Shown here: piece by piece, positions 17,201 to 26,700 of the stretch | Layout of the letters: the number at the start of each line of letters is the position of its first letter | How positions within the stretch are numbered: position 1 is the first letter of the stretch | From: a virus | Taxonomy: Duplodnaviria; Heunggongvirae; Uroviricota; Caudoviricetes | DNA: 45,369 bases | Virus record (IMG/VR): IMGVR_UViG_2684622541_000015 | Reading direction: 5' to 3' (one strand) | The notes under the pieces: generated by a model | The model's database searches: none | Told to the model about the DNA's origin: nothing | The model's input: only the letters and a program-made list of their open reading frames with translations | Program-made: the position numbers and the translations under genes

Positions 17201-17209
17201 GGAGCGGGT

Positions 17210-17704
17210 ATGGATCGAGAGTTAAAAAATCTGACGCTGAATATCAGTCAACTGGCGGCACTGTCAGGTGTACATCGCCAGACTGCTGCGGCAAGGCTGC
17301 AAAATCTACCCGTTGCAGGGGGGCATGAAAGCAACCTCAAGCTTTATCGGGTGGTTGATATTGTGTCGGCATTTCTGGCATTGCCACCGCCGGTTGCAGA
17401 AGGCGAAATGGACGCGCATGAGCGCAAAGCCTGGTATCAGTCTGAACGTGAGCGTCTTAAGTTCGAACAGGAAACGGCACAACTCATTCCGGCCAGTGAT
17501 GTCAGACGGGAGTTTGCCATCTGGGCAAAAGCGGTCGTGCAGGTGCTGGAGACATTACCGGATATTCTGGAACGTGACTGCGGTCTGCAGCCTGCCGCTG
17601 TGAGCCGTGTTCAGTCCATTATTGATGATCTGCGCGATCAGATAGCCCTGCGGGTGACTGAAGCAGGTGCGGATGATGAGGAGGAATTACAGCAGGAGGA
17701 GTAA
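17210..17704 (+). CDS. terminase small subunit (Nu1-like)
   Basis: N-terminal HTH (LNISQLAALSGVHRQTAAARL), acidic C-terminus, directly upstream of and overlapping the large terminase start; RBS GGAGCGGG. Confidence 0.6.
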   Translation: MDRELKNLTLNISQLAALSGVHRQTAAARLQNLPVAGGHESNLKLYRVVDIVSAFLALPPPVAEGEMDAHERKAWYQSERERLKFEQETAQLIPASDVRREFAIWAKAVVQVLETLPDILERDCGLQPAAVSRVQSIIDDLRDQIALRVTEAGADDEEELQQEE

Positions 17705-19806
17705 TGCTGAATCAGGAAACCGCAAAGGCAGCACGAACCGATTCAGGTTATATCCTTCGCGCACCGAGACGAATGCGGGTTGCTGATGCCGTTGCTCAGT
17801 ATATGCGGGTGCCCATGGGGGCAGGGAACTCAGTCCCGTGGGATCCGCTGGTGGCACCGTATGTTATTGAGCCGATGAACTGCCTGGCCTCGCGTGAATA
17901 CGACGCAGTGATATTTGTTGGCCCGGCACGAACCGGCAAGACTATCGGCCTGATTGACGGCTGGGTGATTTACAACGTGATTTGCGATCCTGCTGATATG
18001 CTGATCATTCAGATGACGGAGGAAAAAGCCCGCGAACACTCCAAAAAACGACTCGCCAGAACGTTTCGCGTCAGCCCGGAAGTGGTCAGTCGCCTGAGTC
18101 CGAACAAAAATGACAACAACGTTTATGACAGAACATTCCTTGCTGGTAACTACCTGAAAATCGGCTGGCCGTCAGTCAATATCATGTCCTCATCAGATTA
18201 TAAATGCGTCGCGCTGACGGATTATGACCGTTTTCCGGAAGATATTGATGGCGAGGGGGATGCTTTCTCTCTTGCCTCAAAACGTACCACAACATTTATG
18301 TCCAGTGGTATGACGCTTGTGGAGAGTTCCCCCGGCAGGGATGTGAAGGATGTGAAATGGCGACGGACTTCACCGCATGAGGCTCCACCAACCACGGGGA
18401 TACTGTCGCTCTATAACCGTGGCGATCGCCGTCGCTGGTACTGGCCCTGTCCACACTGTGGTGAGTATTTTCAGCCCTGCGGCGATGTGGTTGCTGGTTT
18501 CCGTGATATTGCCGATCCCGTGCTGGCAAGTGAGGCGGCTTATATTCAGTGTCCTTCCTGTTCAGGACGGATTATGCCTGAACACAAACGTGAGCTGAAC
18601 GGACGTGGGGTCTGGTTGCGGGATGGTGAATCCATCAATGCGGATGGCAGTCGTTATGGTGATCCCCGACGCTCACGTATTGCGTCATTCTGGATGGAGG
18701 GTCCGGCAGCTGCTTACCAGACACTCTCGCAACTCGTTTACAAACTGCTTACTGCAGAACAGGAATACGAGACAACCGGAAGTGAAGAAACACTCAAGAC
18801 GGTTATCAATACCGACTGGGGATTACCTTATCTTCCCCGCGCCAGCATGGAGCAACGAAAAAGTGAACTGCTTGAGCAGCGGGCAGAGCCAGTTCCTTCC
18901 CGCAGTGTGCCGGATGGCGTTAATTTCCTTGTGGCGACAGTGGATGTGCAGGCGGGACGTCATCGCCGTTTTGTGGTTCAGGTAACGGGCTATGGCAGCC
19001 GTGGCGAACGCTGGATTATTGATCGTTACAACATCACGCAGTCATTGCGCGGTGACAGCGACGGGGAGAGCCAGCGAATTGATCCGGCCAGCTATCCGGA
19101 AGACTGGGATGTCCTGCTGACGGATGTTTTTCATAAAAGCTGGCCGCTGGCCTCCGATCCTTCTCAACAAATGCGACTGATGGCAATGGCGGTGGACTCC
19201 GGCGGTGAAGACGGGGTCACTGATAATGCCTATAAATTCTGGCGTCGTTGCCGTCGTGATGGCCTTGGTAAACGTATTTACCTGTTTAAGGGCGACAGCA
19301 TCCGGCGCGCAAAACTGATCACCCGTACATTCCCTGATAACACCGGACGAACGGGCCGACGGGCGCAGGCCGCAGGTGATGTGCCGCTCTGGCTTCTTCA
19401 GACGGATGCACTGAAAGACCGGGTGAATAACGCGTTATGGCGTGACTCGCCAGGTCCCGGCTATGTGCATTTCCCTGACTGGCTGGGGAGCTGGTTTTAC
19501 GACGAACTGACGTATGAAGAGCGGAGCAGTGACGGGAAATGGAGTAAGCCGGGTCGCGGTGCCAACGAAGCTTTTGACCTGATGGTGTATGCCGAGGCTC
19601 TGGTCATTCTGCATGGATACGAAAAGATCCGCTGGCCGGATGCACCGGAGTGGGCGAGCCGGGAAACCTGGCTGGAGTGTGTCCCGGACAGTACCGAACC
19701 GTCACCCTCACCGGAACCGGTATCCACGCCTGTTAAAAAACAAAAACGGAAGAAAACAGTAACTGACGATGTTAACCCCTGGCTGACTTCCGGAGGATGG
19801 TTATGA
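17704..19806 (+). CDS. terminase large subunit (lambda GpA family)
   Basis: 700 aa; Walker A-like GPARTGKT; position between small terminase and W/portal; lambda-like gene order. Confidence 0.85.
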   Translation: MLNQETAKAARTDSGYILRAPRRMRVADAVAQYMRVPMGAGNSVPWDPLVAPYVIEPMNCLASREYDAVIFVGPARTGKTIGLIDGWVIYNVICDPADMLIIQMTEEKAREHSKKRLARTFRVSPEVVSRLSPNKNDNNVYDRTFLAGNYLKIGWPSVNIMSSSDYKCVALTDYDRFPEDIDGEGDAFSLASKRTTTFMSSGMTLVESSPGRDVKDVKWRRTSPHEAPPTTGILSLYNRGDRRRWYWPCPHCGEYFQPCGDVVAGFRDIADPVLASEAAYIQCPSCSGRIMPEHKRELNGRGVWLRDGESINADGSRYGDPRRSRIASFWMEGPAAAYQTLSQLVYKLLTAEQEYETTGSEETLKTVINTDWGLPYLPRASMEQRKSELLEQRAEPVPSRSVPDGVNFLVATVDVQAGRHRRFVVQVTGYGSRGERWIIDRYNITQSLRGDSDGESQRIDPASYPEDWDVLLTDVFHKSWPLASDPSQQMRLMAMAVDSGGEDGVTDNAYKFWRRCRRDGLGKRIYLFKGDSIRRAKLITRTFPDNTGRTGRRAQAAGDVPLWLLQTDALKDRVNNALWRDSPGPGYVHFPDWLGSWFYDELTYEERSSDGKWSKPGRGANEAFDLMVYAEALVILHGYEKIRWPDAPEWASRETWLECVPDSTEPSPSPEPVSTPVKKQKRKKTVTDDVNPWLTSGGWL

Positions 19807-20015
19807 ACCAGAATGATATTGAAGCCATGATTCAGCGTTATACGGAAGCTGAAATGGCGGTGCTGGACGGAAAATCCGTCACCTTTAATGGTCAGCAGAT
19901 GACCATGGAAAACTTATCTGAGATCCGGCAGGGACGGCAGGAGTGGGAGCGCCGCCTTGCGGCTCTGATTACACGACGACGGGGGCATCCCGGGTACCGG
20001 CTGGCGAGGTTCTGA
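19803..20015 (+). CDS. head-tail joining protein (gpW-like)
   Basis: ~70-aa ORF overlapping the terminase stop (ATGA) and followed by the portal gene, as in lambda A-W-B. Confidence 0.55.
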   Translation: MNQNDIEAMIQRYTEAEMAVLDGKSVTFNGQQMTMENLSEIRQGRQEWERRLAALITRRRGHPGYRLARF

Positions 20016-21523
20016 TGGCAATTCTTGATGATGTGATTGGCGTTTTTTCACCAGGATGGAAAGCGGCAAGGCTGCGTTCCCGTGCGGTGATCCAGGCTTA
20101 TGAGGCCGTAAAAACGACGCGGACACACAAAGGCCGGCGGGAAAACCGAACTGCCGACCAGTTAAGCCAGTACGGGGCCGTGTCGTTACGTGAGCAGGCC
20201 CGTTACCTTGATAACAACCACGATCTGGTTATTGGTGTATTTGACAAGCTGGAAGAACGGGTGGTGGGGAAAAACGGGATTATTGTCGAGCCACATCCGG
20301 TATTACGCAATGGGGCCATTGCCCGTGACCTGGCTGCGGAGATTCGCACCCGATGGAGTGAATGGTCTGTCAGCCCGGAAGTCACCGGGCAGTTTACCCG
20401 TCCGATGCTGGAACGTCTGATGCTGCGTACCTGGCTGCGCGATGGTGAGGTGTTTGCCCAGATGGTTTCCGGGCGCATAAACAGCCTGACGCCTTCTGCC
20501 GGTGTTCATTTCTGGCTGGAGGCGCTCGAGCCGGACTTTATTCCCATGACCAGTGATGAGAGCAACAGGCTGAATCAGGGCGTGTTTGTTGATGACTGGG
20601 GGCGTCCCGAAAAATATCTGGTGTATAAAAGCCGTCCCGTATCCGGACGGCAGATGGAAACCAAAGAAGTGGATGCAGAGCGAATGCTGCATCTTAAATT
20701 TGTTCGCCGTCTGCACCAGATGCGCGGGACGTCTTTGTTGTCCGGTGTGCTGATCCGCCTCAGTGCCCTGAAAGATTATGAAGATTATGAGCTGACTGCA
20801 GCAAGGATCGCCGCTGCTCTGGGGATGTACATCCGCAAAGGCGACGGGCAGAGCTATGAACCGGATGGTAATGGCAGCAAGGATAAGGAACGCGAGCTTA
20901 CCATTCAGCCAGGCATTATTTACGACGATCTGAAACCCGGCGAAGAAATCGGAATGGTGAAGTCGGATCGCCCCAATCCTAACCTTGAAACTTTTCGTAA
21001 TGGTCAGTTGCGTGCCGTGGCGGCGGGCAGTCGTCTGAGTTTTTCCAGTACAGCGCGCAACTATAACGGCACTTACAGCGCCCAGCGTCAGGAGCTGGTT
21101 GAATCTACTGATGGCTACCTGATCCTGCAGGACTGGTTTATTGGTGCCGTCACCCGCCCGATGTATCGTGCATGGCTGAAACAGGCTGTGGCATCCGGTG
21201 TTATCAGGCTACCCCGCGATCTTGACCGTTCTTCACTGTATACCGCGGTGTATTCCGGACCGGTGATGCCGTGGATTGACCCTGTTAAGGAGGCTGAGGC
21301 CTGGAAAATCCAGATTCGTGGTGGAGCGGCGACAGAATCAGACTGGGTACGTGCAGGTGGTCGTAATCCGGATGATGTCAAACGTCGGCGCAAGGCCGAA
21401 ATTGATGAAAACCGCAAGCTGGATCTGGTATTTGATACCGATCCGGCCAGTGATAAAGGAGGCAGCAGTGCCGCAACGAAACGACAGGAGCCGCAGCACA
21501 CCGACGACCAGTCCGAAGAATAA
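20015..21523 (+). CDS. portal protein (lambda B family)
   Basis: 502 aa; position and size match lambda portal; start ATG overlaps the W stop. Confidence 0.85.
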   Translation: MAILDDVIGVFSPGWKAARLRSRAVIQAYEAVKTTRTHKGRRENRTADQLSQYGAVSLREQARYLDNNHDLVIGVFDKLEERVVGKNGIIVEPHPVLRNGAIARDLAAEIRTRWSEWSVSPEVTGQFTRPMLERLMLRTWLRDGEVFAQMVSGRINSLTPSAGVHFWLEALEPDFIPMTSDESNRLNQGVFVDDWGRPEKYLVYKSRPVSGRQMETKEVDAERMLHLKFVRRLHQMRGTSLLSGVLIRLSALKDYEDYELTAARIAAALGMYIRKGDGQSYEPDGNGSKDKERELTIQPGIIYDDLKPGEEIGMVKSDRPNPNLETFRNGQLRAVAAGSRLSFSSTARNYNGTYSAQRQELVESTDGYLILQDWFIGAVTRPMYRAWLKQAVASGVIRLPRDLDRSSLYTAVYSGPVMPWIDPVKEAEAWKIQIRGGAATESDWVRAGGRNPDDVKRRRKAEIDENRKLDLVFDTDPASDKGGSSAATKRQEPQHTDDQSEE

Positions 21524-21536
21524 TTCCTGGTTCAGG

Positions 21537-23495
21537 ATGCAGGCTGGTCACCAGAGTGACGCGGATATTTATATTTATGACGAGATTGGTTTCTGGGGTG
21601 TTACAGCGAAGCAGTTTATCAGTGATCTGAATGCACTGGGCGATATCACCCACATTAATCTCCATATTAATTCACCGGGTGGCGATGTCTTTGAAGGCAT
21701 CGCCATTTTTAATGCGCTGAAAACACATGGTGCGTCCATTACCGTTTATGTCGACGGTGTGGCGGCGTCAATGGCGTCGGTCATTGCGATGGTGGGAAAC
21801 CCGGTCATTATGCCGGAAAACACCTTCATGATGATTCATAAACCATTTGGCTTTACGGGCGGTGATGCGGAGGACATGCGCACCTATGCCGACCTGCTCG
21901 ATAAGGTTGAGGCGGTTCTGTTACCCGCTTATGCACAGAAAACCGGGAAAACCACCGATGAAATTGCTGCCATGCTGGCGGATGAGACCTGGATGTCCGG
22001 TGCCGAATGTCTGGCACAGGGATTTGCTGATCAGGTGACGCCAGCCGTTAAGGCAATGGCATGTATTCAGTCAAAACGTACAGAGGAATTTAAAAAGATG
22101 CCGGAATCCATTCGAAACATGATTACTCCGCCACGCAACAGTGCTCCACGCGTACAGGATGATGAACCTGCAGCCTCCCGGACGCCAGTGCAGGCAGCAG
22201 CACCCGTGGTGGATGAAAACAGTATCCGTGCGCAGGTACTGGCAGAGCAAAAAGCGCGTGTAAACGGTATTAATGATCTGTTTGCCATGTTTGGCGGGCG
22301 TTATCAGACGCTGCAGGCTCAGTGTCTTGCCGATCCTGAATGTTCGCTGGAGCAGGCCCGCGAAAAGCTGTTGAACGAGATGGGGCGCGAGTCCACGCCA
22401 TCCAATAAAAATACCCCGGCTCATATTTATGCCGGAAACGGTAATTTTGTGGGGGACGGGATCCGCCAGGCGCTGATGGCGCGTGCCGGATTTGAAAAAA
22501 CCGAACGTGATAATGTCTACAACGGGATGACCCTGCGTGAATATGCCCGTATGTCACTGACTGAACGGGGTATTGGGGTTTCCAGTTATAACCCGATGCA
22601 GATGGTCGGTGCGGCGTTCACACACAGTACGTCTGACTTCGGTAATATTCTGCTGGATGTTGCGAACAAAGCCATTCTGCAGGGCTGGGAAGATGCCCCT
22701 GAAACCTATGAACAGTGGACGCGGAAAGGTCAGTTGTCTGATTTTAAAATTGCCCATCGTGTGGGTATGGGGGGCTTCAGTGCTCTGCGTCAGGTGCGTG
22801 AAGGGGCGGAATATAAATACGTCACCACCGGAGATAAACAGGCCACTATTGCACTGGCGACCTATGGCGAGCTGTTCAGTATCACCCGTCAGGCCATTAT
22901 CAATGATGATCTGAATATGCTGACCGATGTCCCGATGAAACTGGGCCGTGCGGCGAAATCCACTATTGCCGATCTGGTTTATGCCATTCTGACGTCTAAC
23001 CCGAAAATCTCCACAGATAATGTAAGTCTGTTCGATAAAGCGAAACATGCAAACGTACTGGATAGCGCTGCAATGGACGTGGCATCGCTGGATAAAGCCC
23101 GCCAGTTGATGCGCGTTCAGAAAGAGGGGGAGCGTCATCTGAATATTCGTCCTGCGTTCGTACTGGTACCGACGGCGATGGAGTCTGTTGCTAACCAGGT
23201 CATTCGCTCCTCAAGTGTCAAGGGGGCCGACATTAACGCCGGTATTATTAACCCGGTGAAAGATTTTGCGACCGTTATTGCAGAGCCTCGTCTTGATGAT
23301 AACAGCCAGACCACCTTCTACCTGGCTGCGTCAAAAGGCTCCGATACGATTGAAGTGGCTTATCTCAACGGTGTGGATACGCCATATATTGATCAGATGG
23401 AGGGCTTCAGTGTGGATGGCGTGACAACGAAAGTGCGTATTGACGCCGGTGTCGCGCCAGTTGATCACCGCGGTCTGGTGAAATGTACGGCGTAA
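21537..23495 (+). CDS. prohead protease (ClpP/S14-like) fused to scaffold/major capsid domain
   Basis: N-terminal ClpP-like region (IYIYDEIGFWG...INSPGGDVFEG...VDGVAASMASVIAM...MMIHKP) then a ~400-aa C-terminal capsid-like domain. Start uncertain; first ATG after the portal stop is 21537. Confidence 0.7.
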   Translation: MQAGHQSDADIYIYDEIGFWGVTAKQFISDLNALGDITHINLHINSPGGDVFEGIAIFNALKTHGASITVYVDGVAASMASVIAMVGNPVIMPENTFMMIHKPFGFTGGDAEDMRTYADLLDKVEAVLLPAYAQKTGKTTDEIAAMLADETWMSGAECLAQGFADQVTPAVKAMACIQSKRTEEFKKMPESIRNMITPPRNSAPRVQDDEPAASRTPVQAAAPVVDENSIRAQVLAEQKARVNGINDLFAMFGGRYQTLQAQCLADPECSLEQAREKLLNEMGRESTPSNKNTPAHIYAGNGNFVGDGIRQALMARAGFEKTERDNVYNGMTLREYARMSLTERGIGVSSYNPMQMVGAAFTHSTSDFGNILLDVANKAILQGWEDAPETYEQWTRKGQLSDFKIAHRVGMGGFSALRQVREGAEYKYVTTGDKQATIALATYGELFSITRQAIINDDLNMLTDVPMKLGRAAKSTIADLVYAILTSNPKISTDNVSLFDKAKHANVLDSAAMDVASLDKARQLMRVQKEGERHLNIRPAFVLVPTAMESVANQVIRSSSVKGADINAGIINPVKDFATVIAEPRLDDNSQTTFYLAASKGSDTIEVAYLNGVDTPYIDQMEGFSVDGVTTKVRIDAGVAPVDHRGLVKCTA

Positions 23496-23519
23496 ACGTC
23501 GCAGACAACAACTCTGATG

Positions 23520-23538
23520 GCCCGTAAGGGCTTTTTTT
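23520..23538 (+). terminator. weak intrinsic terminator after the capsid gene
   Basis: Short GC hairpin GCCC-GTAA-GGGC followed by T7. Confidence 0.4.
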
Positions 23539-23581
23539 GTACCTGAAATCAGCCCCTGAACGGGGCTGTGCGGAGACAGTT

Positions 23582-23905
23582 ATGGCAAAGAATTTTGTAG
23601 AAGAAGGAAAAACGGTGGCGATTGTTGCCAGTGCAGCCATCAGCAGCGGAGATCTGGTGCAGGTGGGTGATGTTTTTGCGGTGGCACTGACCGATATTCC
23701 ACAGGGTGAAACAGGCGACGGCCTGACCGAAGGTGTGTTTATGCTGCCTAAGCTGAAAACGGATGACATGAAAACGGGTAAGAAGGTTTATCTGAAGTCC
23801 GGAAAAGTTCAGCTGACTAACAGCGGCTCTGATCCGCTGGTCGGGGTTGTCTGGGCAGATGCCGGAACCAGTGCAGAAGAAGTGCCGGTAAAACTCAATG
23901 TCTGA
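23582..23905 (+). CDS. small head protein (DUF2190-like, putative decoration/cement protein)
   Basis: 108 aa, RBS GGAGACAG; position after the capsid gene; family assignment from memory only. Confidence 0.4.
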   Translation: MAKNFVEEGKTVAIVASAAISSGDLVQVGDVFAVALTDIPQGETGDGLTEGVFMLPKLKTDDMKTGKKVYLKSGKVQLTNSGSDPLVGVVWADAGTSAEEVPVKLNV

Positions 23906-24173
23906 TCCCTTTTCCCGGCTGGCAGCGCGTATGGATGCGATCACGGTCAGAAAGATGGGAAAGACAGCCTCGATTAATGATGTCGATATGACTGTGATCC
24001 CGGGAGAAACACTGGCAGAGCTGAATGCTCTGTCCGGACCTGCGGTCTCTCTGGTGGTGTTTTCTTCGGGATACCGCCCACGGCGCGGGGATCGCGTTGT
24101 TTATGACGGACAACAATGGACGGTCACACGGCATGAACGCTTTAACGGTAAGCCAATGATCTTTATTGAGTAA
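23898..24173 (+). CDS. head-tail connector/adaptor protein (FII-like position)
   Basis: 91-aa ORF between head and tail genes; assignment by position. Confidence 0.4.
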   Translation: MSDPFSRLAARMDAITVRKMGKTASINDVDMTVIPGETLAELNALSGPAVSLVVFSSGYRPRRGDRVVYDGQQWTVTRHERFNGKPMIFIE

Positions 24174-24184
24174 AGAGGTGTGGG

Positions 24185-24763
24185 ATGAAGGGGCTTGAGA
24201 ATGCCATCCGCAATCTGAACAGCCTTGATACCCGTATGGTGCCACAGGCCAGCGCATGGGCGATAAACCGTGTGGCACAGAAAGCGGTCTCGGTTGCCAC
24301 CCGGCAGGTTGCCGGGAATACCGTTGCGGGAGATAACCAGGTGAAAGGGATCCCCCTGAAACTGGTACGTCAGCGTGTCCGGGTGTTTAAAGCCAGTCCG
24401 TCAGGAAAAATGACGGCCAGGATCCGCGTTAACCGGGGCAATCTGCCCGCCATTAAGCTGGGGACAGCCCGGGTCAGACTGGCCCGGCGTGGTGGAAAAC
24501 TGCAGTACCGTGGCAGTGTGCTGAAGGTGGGTAAATATCTTTTCCGGGATGCGTTTATTCAGCAACTGGCGAATGGTCGCTGGCATGTGATGCGGCGTAT
24601 TGATGGCAAAAATCGTTACCCCATTGATGTGGTGAAAATCCCGCTGTCCGGACCGCTGACACAGGCATTTGAAGATGCCCGCGACCGCATCATTGCTGCG
24701 GAAATGCCGAAACAGCTGGGGTATGCACTGAAACAACAACTGAGGTTATGGCTGACCCGATGA
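24185..24763 (+). CDS. minor tail protein Z-like
   Basis: 192 aa immediately upstream of U and V homologs; lambda Z position. Confidence 0.55.
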   Translation: MKGLENAIRNLNSLDTRMVPQASAWAINRVAQKAVSVATRQVAGNTVAGDNQVKGIPLKLVRQRVRVFKASPSGKMTARIRVNRGNLPAIKLGTARVRLARRGGKLQYRGSVLKVGKYLFRDAFIQQLANGRWHVMRRIDGKNRYPIDVVKIPLSGPLTQAFEDARDRIIAAEMPKQLGYALKQQLRLWLTR

Positions 24764-25161
24764 ACCGACATACACAAATCCGCCAGGTCGTACTGGCACG
24801 CCTTCGGGAACAGTGTGGAGACAGCGCCACGTTTTTTGACGGGCTTCCGGCATTTGTTGATGCGCAGGAACTGCCTGCCGTGGCGGTGTGGCTGAGTGAT
24901 GCTCAGTACACCGGAAAAATGACGGATGAAGATGACTGGCAGGCTGTTCTGCATATTGCTGTCTTCATCCGGGCACAGGCACCGGATTCAGAGCTGGATA
25001 TGTGGATGGAGAGCACCATTTTCCCGGCCTTGAATGATGTACCAGCACTTTCCGGACTCATCGACACCCTGATCCCACTCGGTTTTAACTATCAACGTGA
25101 TAATGAGATGGCCACCTGGGCGATGGCGGAAATCACGTACCAGATCACGTACACGAATTAA
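24760..25161 (+). CDS. tail terminator protein U-like
   Basis: Aligns in my reading with lambda gpU (…HT.IR..VL..L.......ATFFDG.PA..D....PAVAV.L..A.YTG…DSELD.WMES.I.P…). Start ATG 24760 overlaps the Z stop (ATGA). Confidence 0.65.
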   Translation: MNRHTQIRQVVLARLREQCGDSATFFDGLPAFVDAQELPAVAVWLSDAQYTGKMTDEDDWQAVLHIAVFIRAQAPDSELDMWMESTIFPALNDVPALSGLIDTLIPLGFNYQRDNEMATWAMAEITYQITYTN

Positions 25162-25171
25162 GGAGGTGGTA

Positions 25172-25915
25172 ATGACCACACCAAATCCACTGGCAAAAAC
25201 GAAAGGTGCGGGAACGACGTTCTGGATGTATACCGGCAAGGGCGATGCGTTTGCGAACCCTTTATCGGACACTGACTGGCTGCGTCTTGCGATGGTGAAG
25301 GATCTGCAACCTGGCGAAATGACCGCTGATGCAGAAGATGACACTTATCTCGATGATGAAGATGCAGACTGGAAAACGACAACCCAGGGGCAGAAATCCG
25401 TTGGTGATACTTCGGCGACGCTGGCCTGGCGTCCGGGTGACAGCGGGCAGAAAAAACTGGTTCAGTTGTTCGACTCCGGTGAAGTCTGCGCGTTTCGTAT
25501 CAAATATCCCAACGGTACTGTTGATGTTTTCCGTGGCTGGCTGAGTTCACTGGGTAAAACCATTGCCTCAAAAGACGTGATGACCCGCACAGTGAAAATC
25601 AGCGGTGTGGGGCGTCCGTATCTGGCAGAGGAAGGCACTGAAACAGTGAGCGTTACCGGGCTGACGGTGGCACCGGCATCTGCCAGTGTAAAAGTGGGAG
25701 CAACCACCACGCTGACCTTTACAGTAAAACCTGACGGAGCCAGTGACAAAGCGATCAGTGTGCATTCGACAGATCCACAGACTGCCACGGTGACCCTGAA
25801 CGGGCTTGTGGCCACGGTGAAAGGCGTGAAGCAGGGCAGTGTCAGCATTGTGGGCATGACCGCTGACGGGAATTTTGTGGCAGTGGCTACGGTGACTGTC
25901 AGCGCAGCAGGTTAA
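25172..25915 (+). CDS. major tail protein V-like with C-terminal Ig-like domain
   Basis: RBS AAGGAGGTGG; 247 aa; C-terminal Thr/Val-rich beta segment (VTGLTVAPASASVKVGATTTLTFTVKPDGASDK…) typical of Big_2-like domains on lambda-type V. Confidence 0.75.
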   Translation: MTTPNPLAKTKGAGTTFWMYTGKGDAFANPLSDTDWLRLAMVKDLQPGEMTADAEDDTYLDDEDADWKTTTQGQKSVGDTSATLAWRPGDSGQKKLVQLFDSGEVCAFRIKYPNGTVDVFRGWLSSLGKTIASKDVMTRTVKISGVGRPYLAEEGTETVSVTGLTVAPASASVKVGATTTLTFTVKPDGASDKAISVHSTDPQTATVTLNGLVATVKGVKQGSVSIVGMTADGNFVAVATVTVSAAG

Positions 25916-25935
25916 CAGGACGATACTCATCATTT

Positions 25936-25959
25936 GCCCCGGTTATTCGGGGCTTTTTT
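25936..25959 (+). terminator. intrinsic terminator after the major tail gene
   Basis: Hairpin GCCCCG-GTTATT-CGGGGC followed by T6. Confidence 0.6.
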
Positions 25960-25972
25960 ACAGGTGGAGAAC

Positions 25973-26362
25973 ATGATGTTTCTGAAACAGGACACGTTTA
26001 ATTATGAAAAACAGTCCGTGGTGCTCAGTGAGCTGTCCGGGCTGCAGAGAATTGAATATCTGACGTTTGTTCAGCAGCGAACGGCAAAGTTTGATGCCGG
26101 GGAGGGAGAACTGCCGGAGGCTGAACGACAGATTGCTTTTCTGCGGATGGGGATGGATATCAATGCCTGGCTGGTTTCCCGCTCACTGTGGAATGCGGAA
26201 CAGTCTCAGGATGTTGAGACGCTTTACGCATCCGTTATTACAACATGGTCGTATGATGCCCTGGGTGCGGGGGCGGAGATGGTTCTGTCGCTGAGCGGTA
26301 TGGGGGCCATTGATAATGCCGGGGATTTGGAGCATGAGGGGCTGACGCCGGAAAAGTCCTGA
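25973..26362 (+). CDS. tail assembly chaperone G-like
   Basis: 129-aa ORF directly upstream of the tape measure gene, with an overlapping -1-frame ORF (T) as in lambda G/GT. Confidence 0.65.
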   Translation: MMFLKQDTFNYEKQSVVLSELSGLQRIEYLTFVQQRTAKFDAGEGELPEAERQIAFLRMGMDINAWLVSRSLWNAEQSQDVETLYASVITTWSYDALGAGAEMVLSLSGMGAIDNAGDLEHEGLTPEKS

Positions 26363-26700
26363 CGCGGGAAATGCAGTTTGTCATGCGGCTTGCCCGGGAG
26401 TTCCGGCGGGCAGACTGGCGGCGGATGCTGTCGGAAATGTCGGCCACTGAGCTTGGTCAGTGGGGCGATTATTTCCGGATGCAGAGCTTCAGTGATGTGT
26501 GGATGGATGCGCAGTTTGCCTCGCTGAAGGCATTGATCGTGAGAATGGTGTCCGGCAGCAGTGATGCTGCGGTGGCTGATTTCAGCCTTTTACCGGAAGA
26601 GAACGGGATACCGGAGCGAACGGACGAAGAACTGATGCATCTTGGGGAAGGTATTTCCGGAGGTGTGCGTTATGGACCAGATAGCCAACCTGGTCATTGA
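26344..26700 (+). CDS. tail assembly chaperone T-like frame (expected G-T fusion via -1 frameshift)
   Basis: ORF in the -1 frame relative to G, open from before the G stop to 26700, overlapping the tape measure start; candidate slippery stretch GGAAAAG at 26349..26355. Confidence 0.5.
   Translation, partial: DAGKVLTREMQFVMRLAREFRRADWRRMLSEMSATELGQWGDYFRMQSFSDVWMDAQFASLKALIVRMVSGSSDAAVADFSLLPEENGIPERTDEELMHLGEGISGGVRYGPDSQPGH

Noticed and set aside
22554-23138. 194-aa minus-strand ORF inside the protease-capsid gene
   Set aside because: Antisense shadow ORF within a gene with a clear ClpP-like and capsid-like reading frame.
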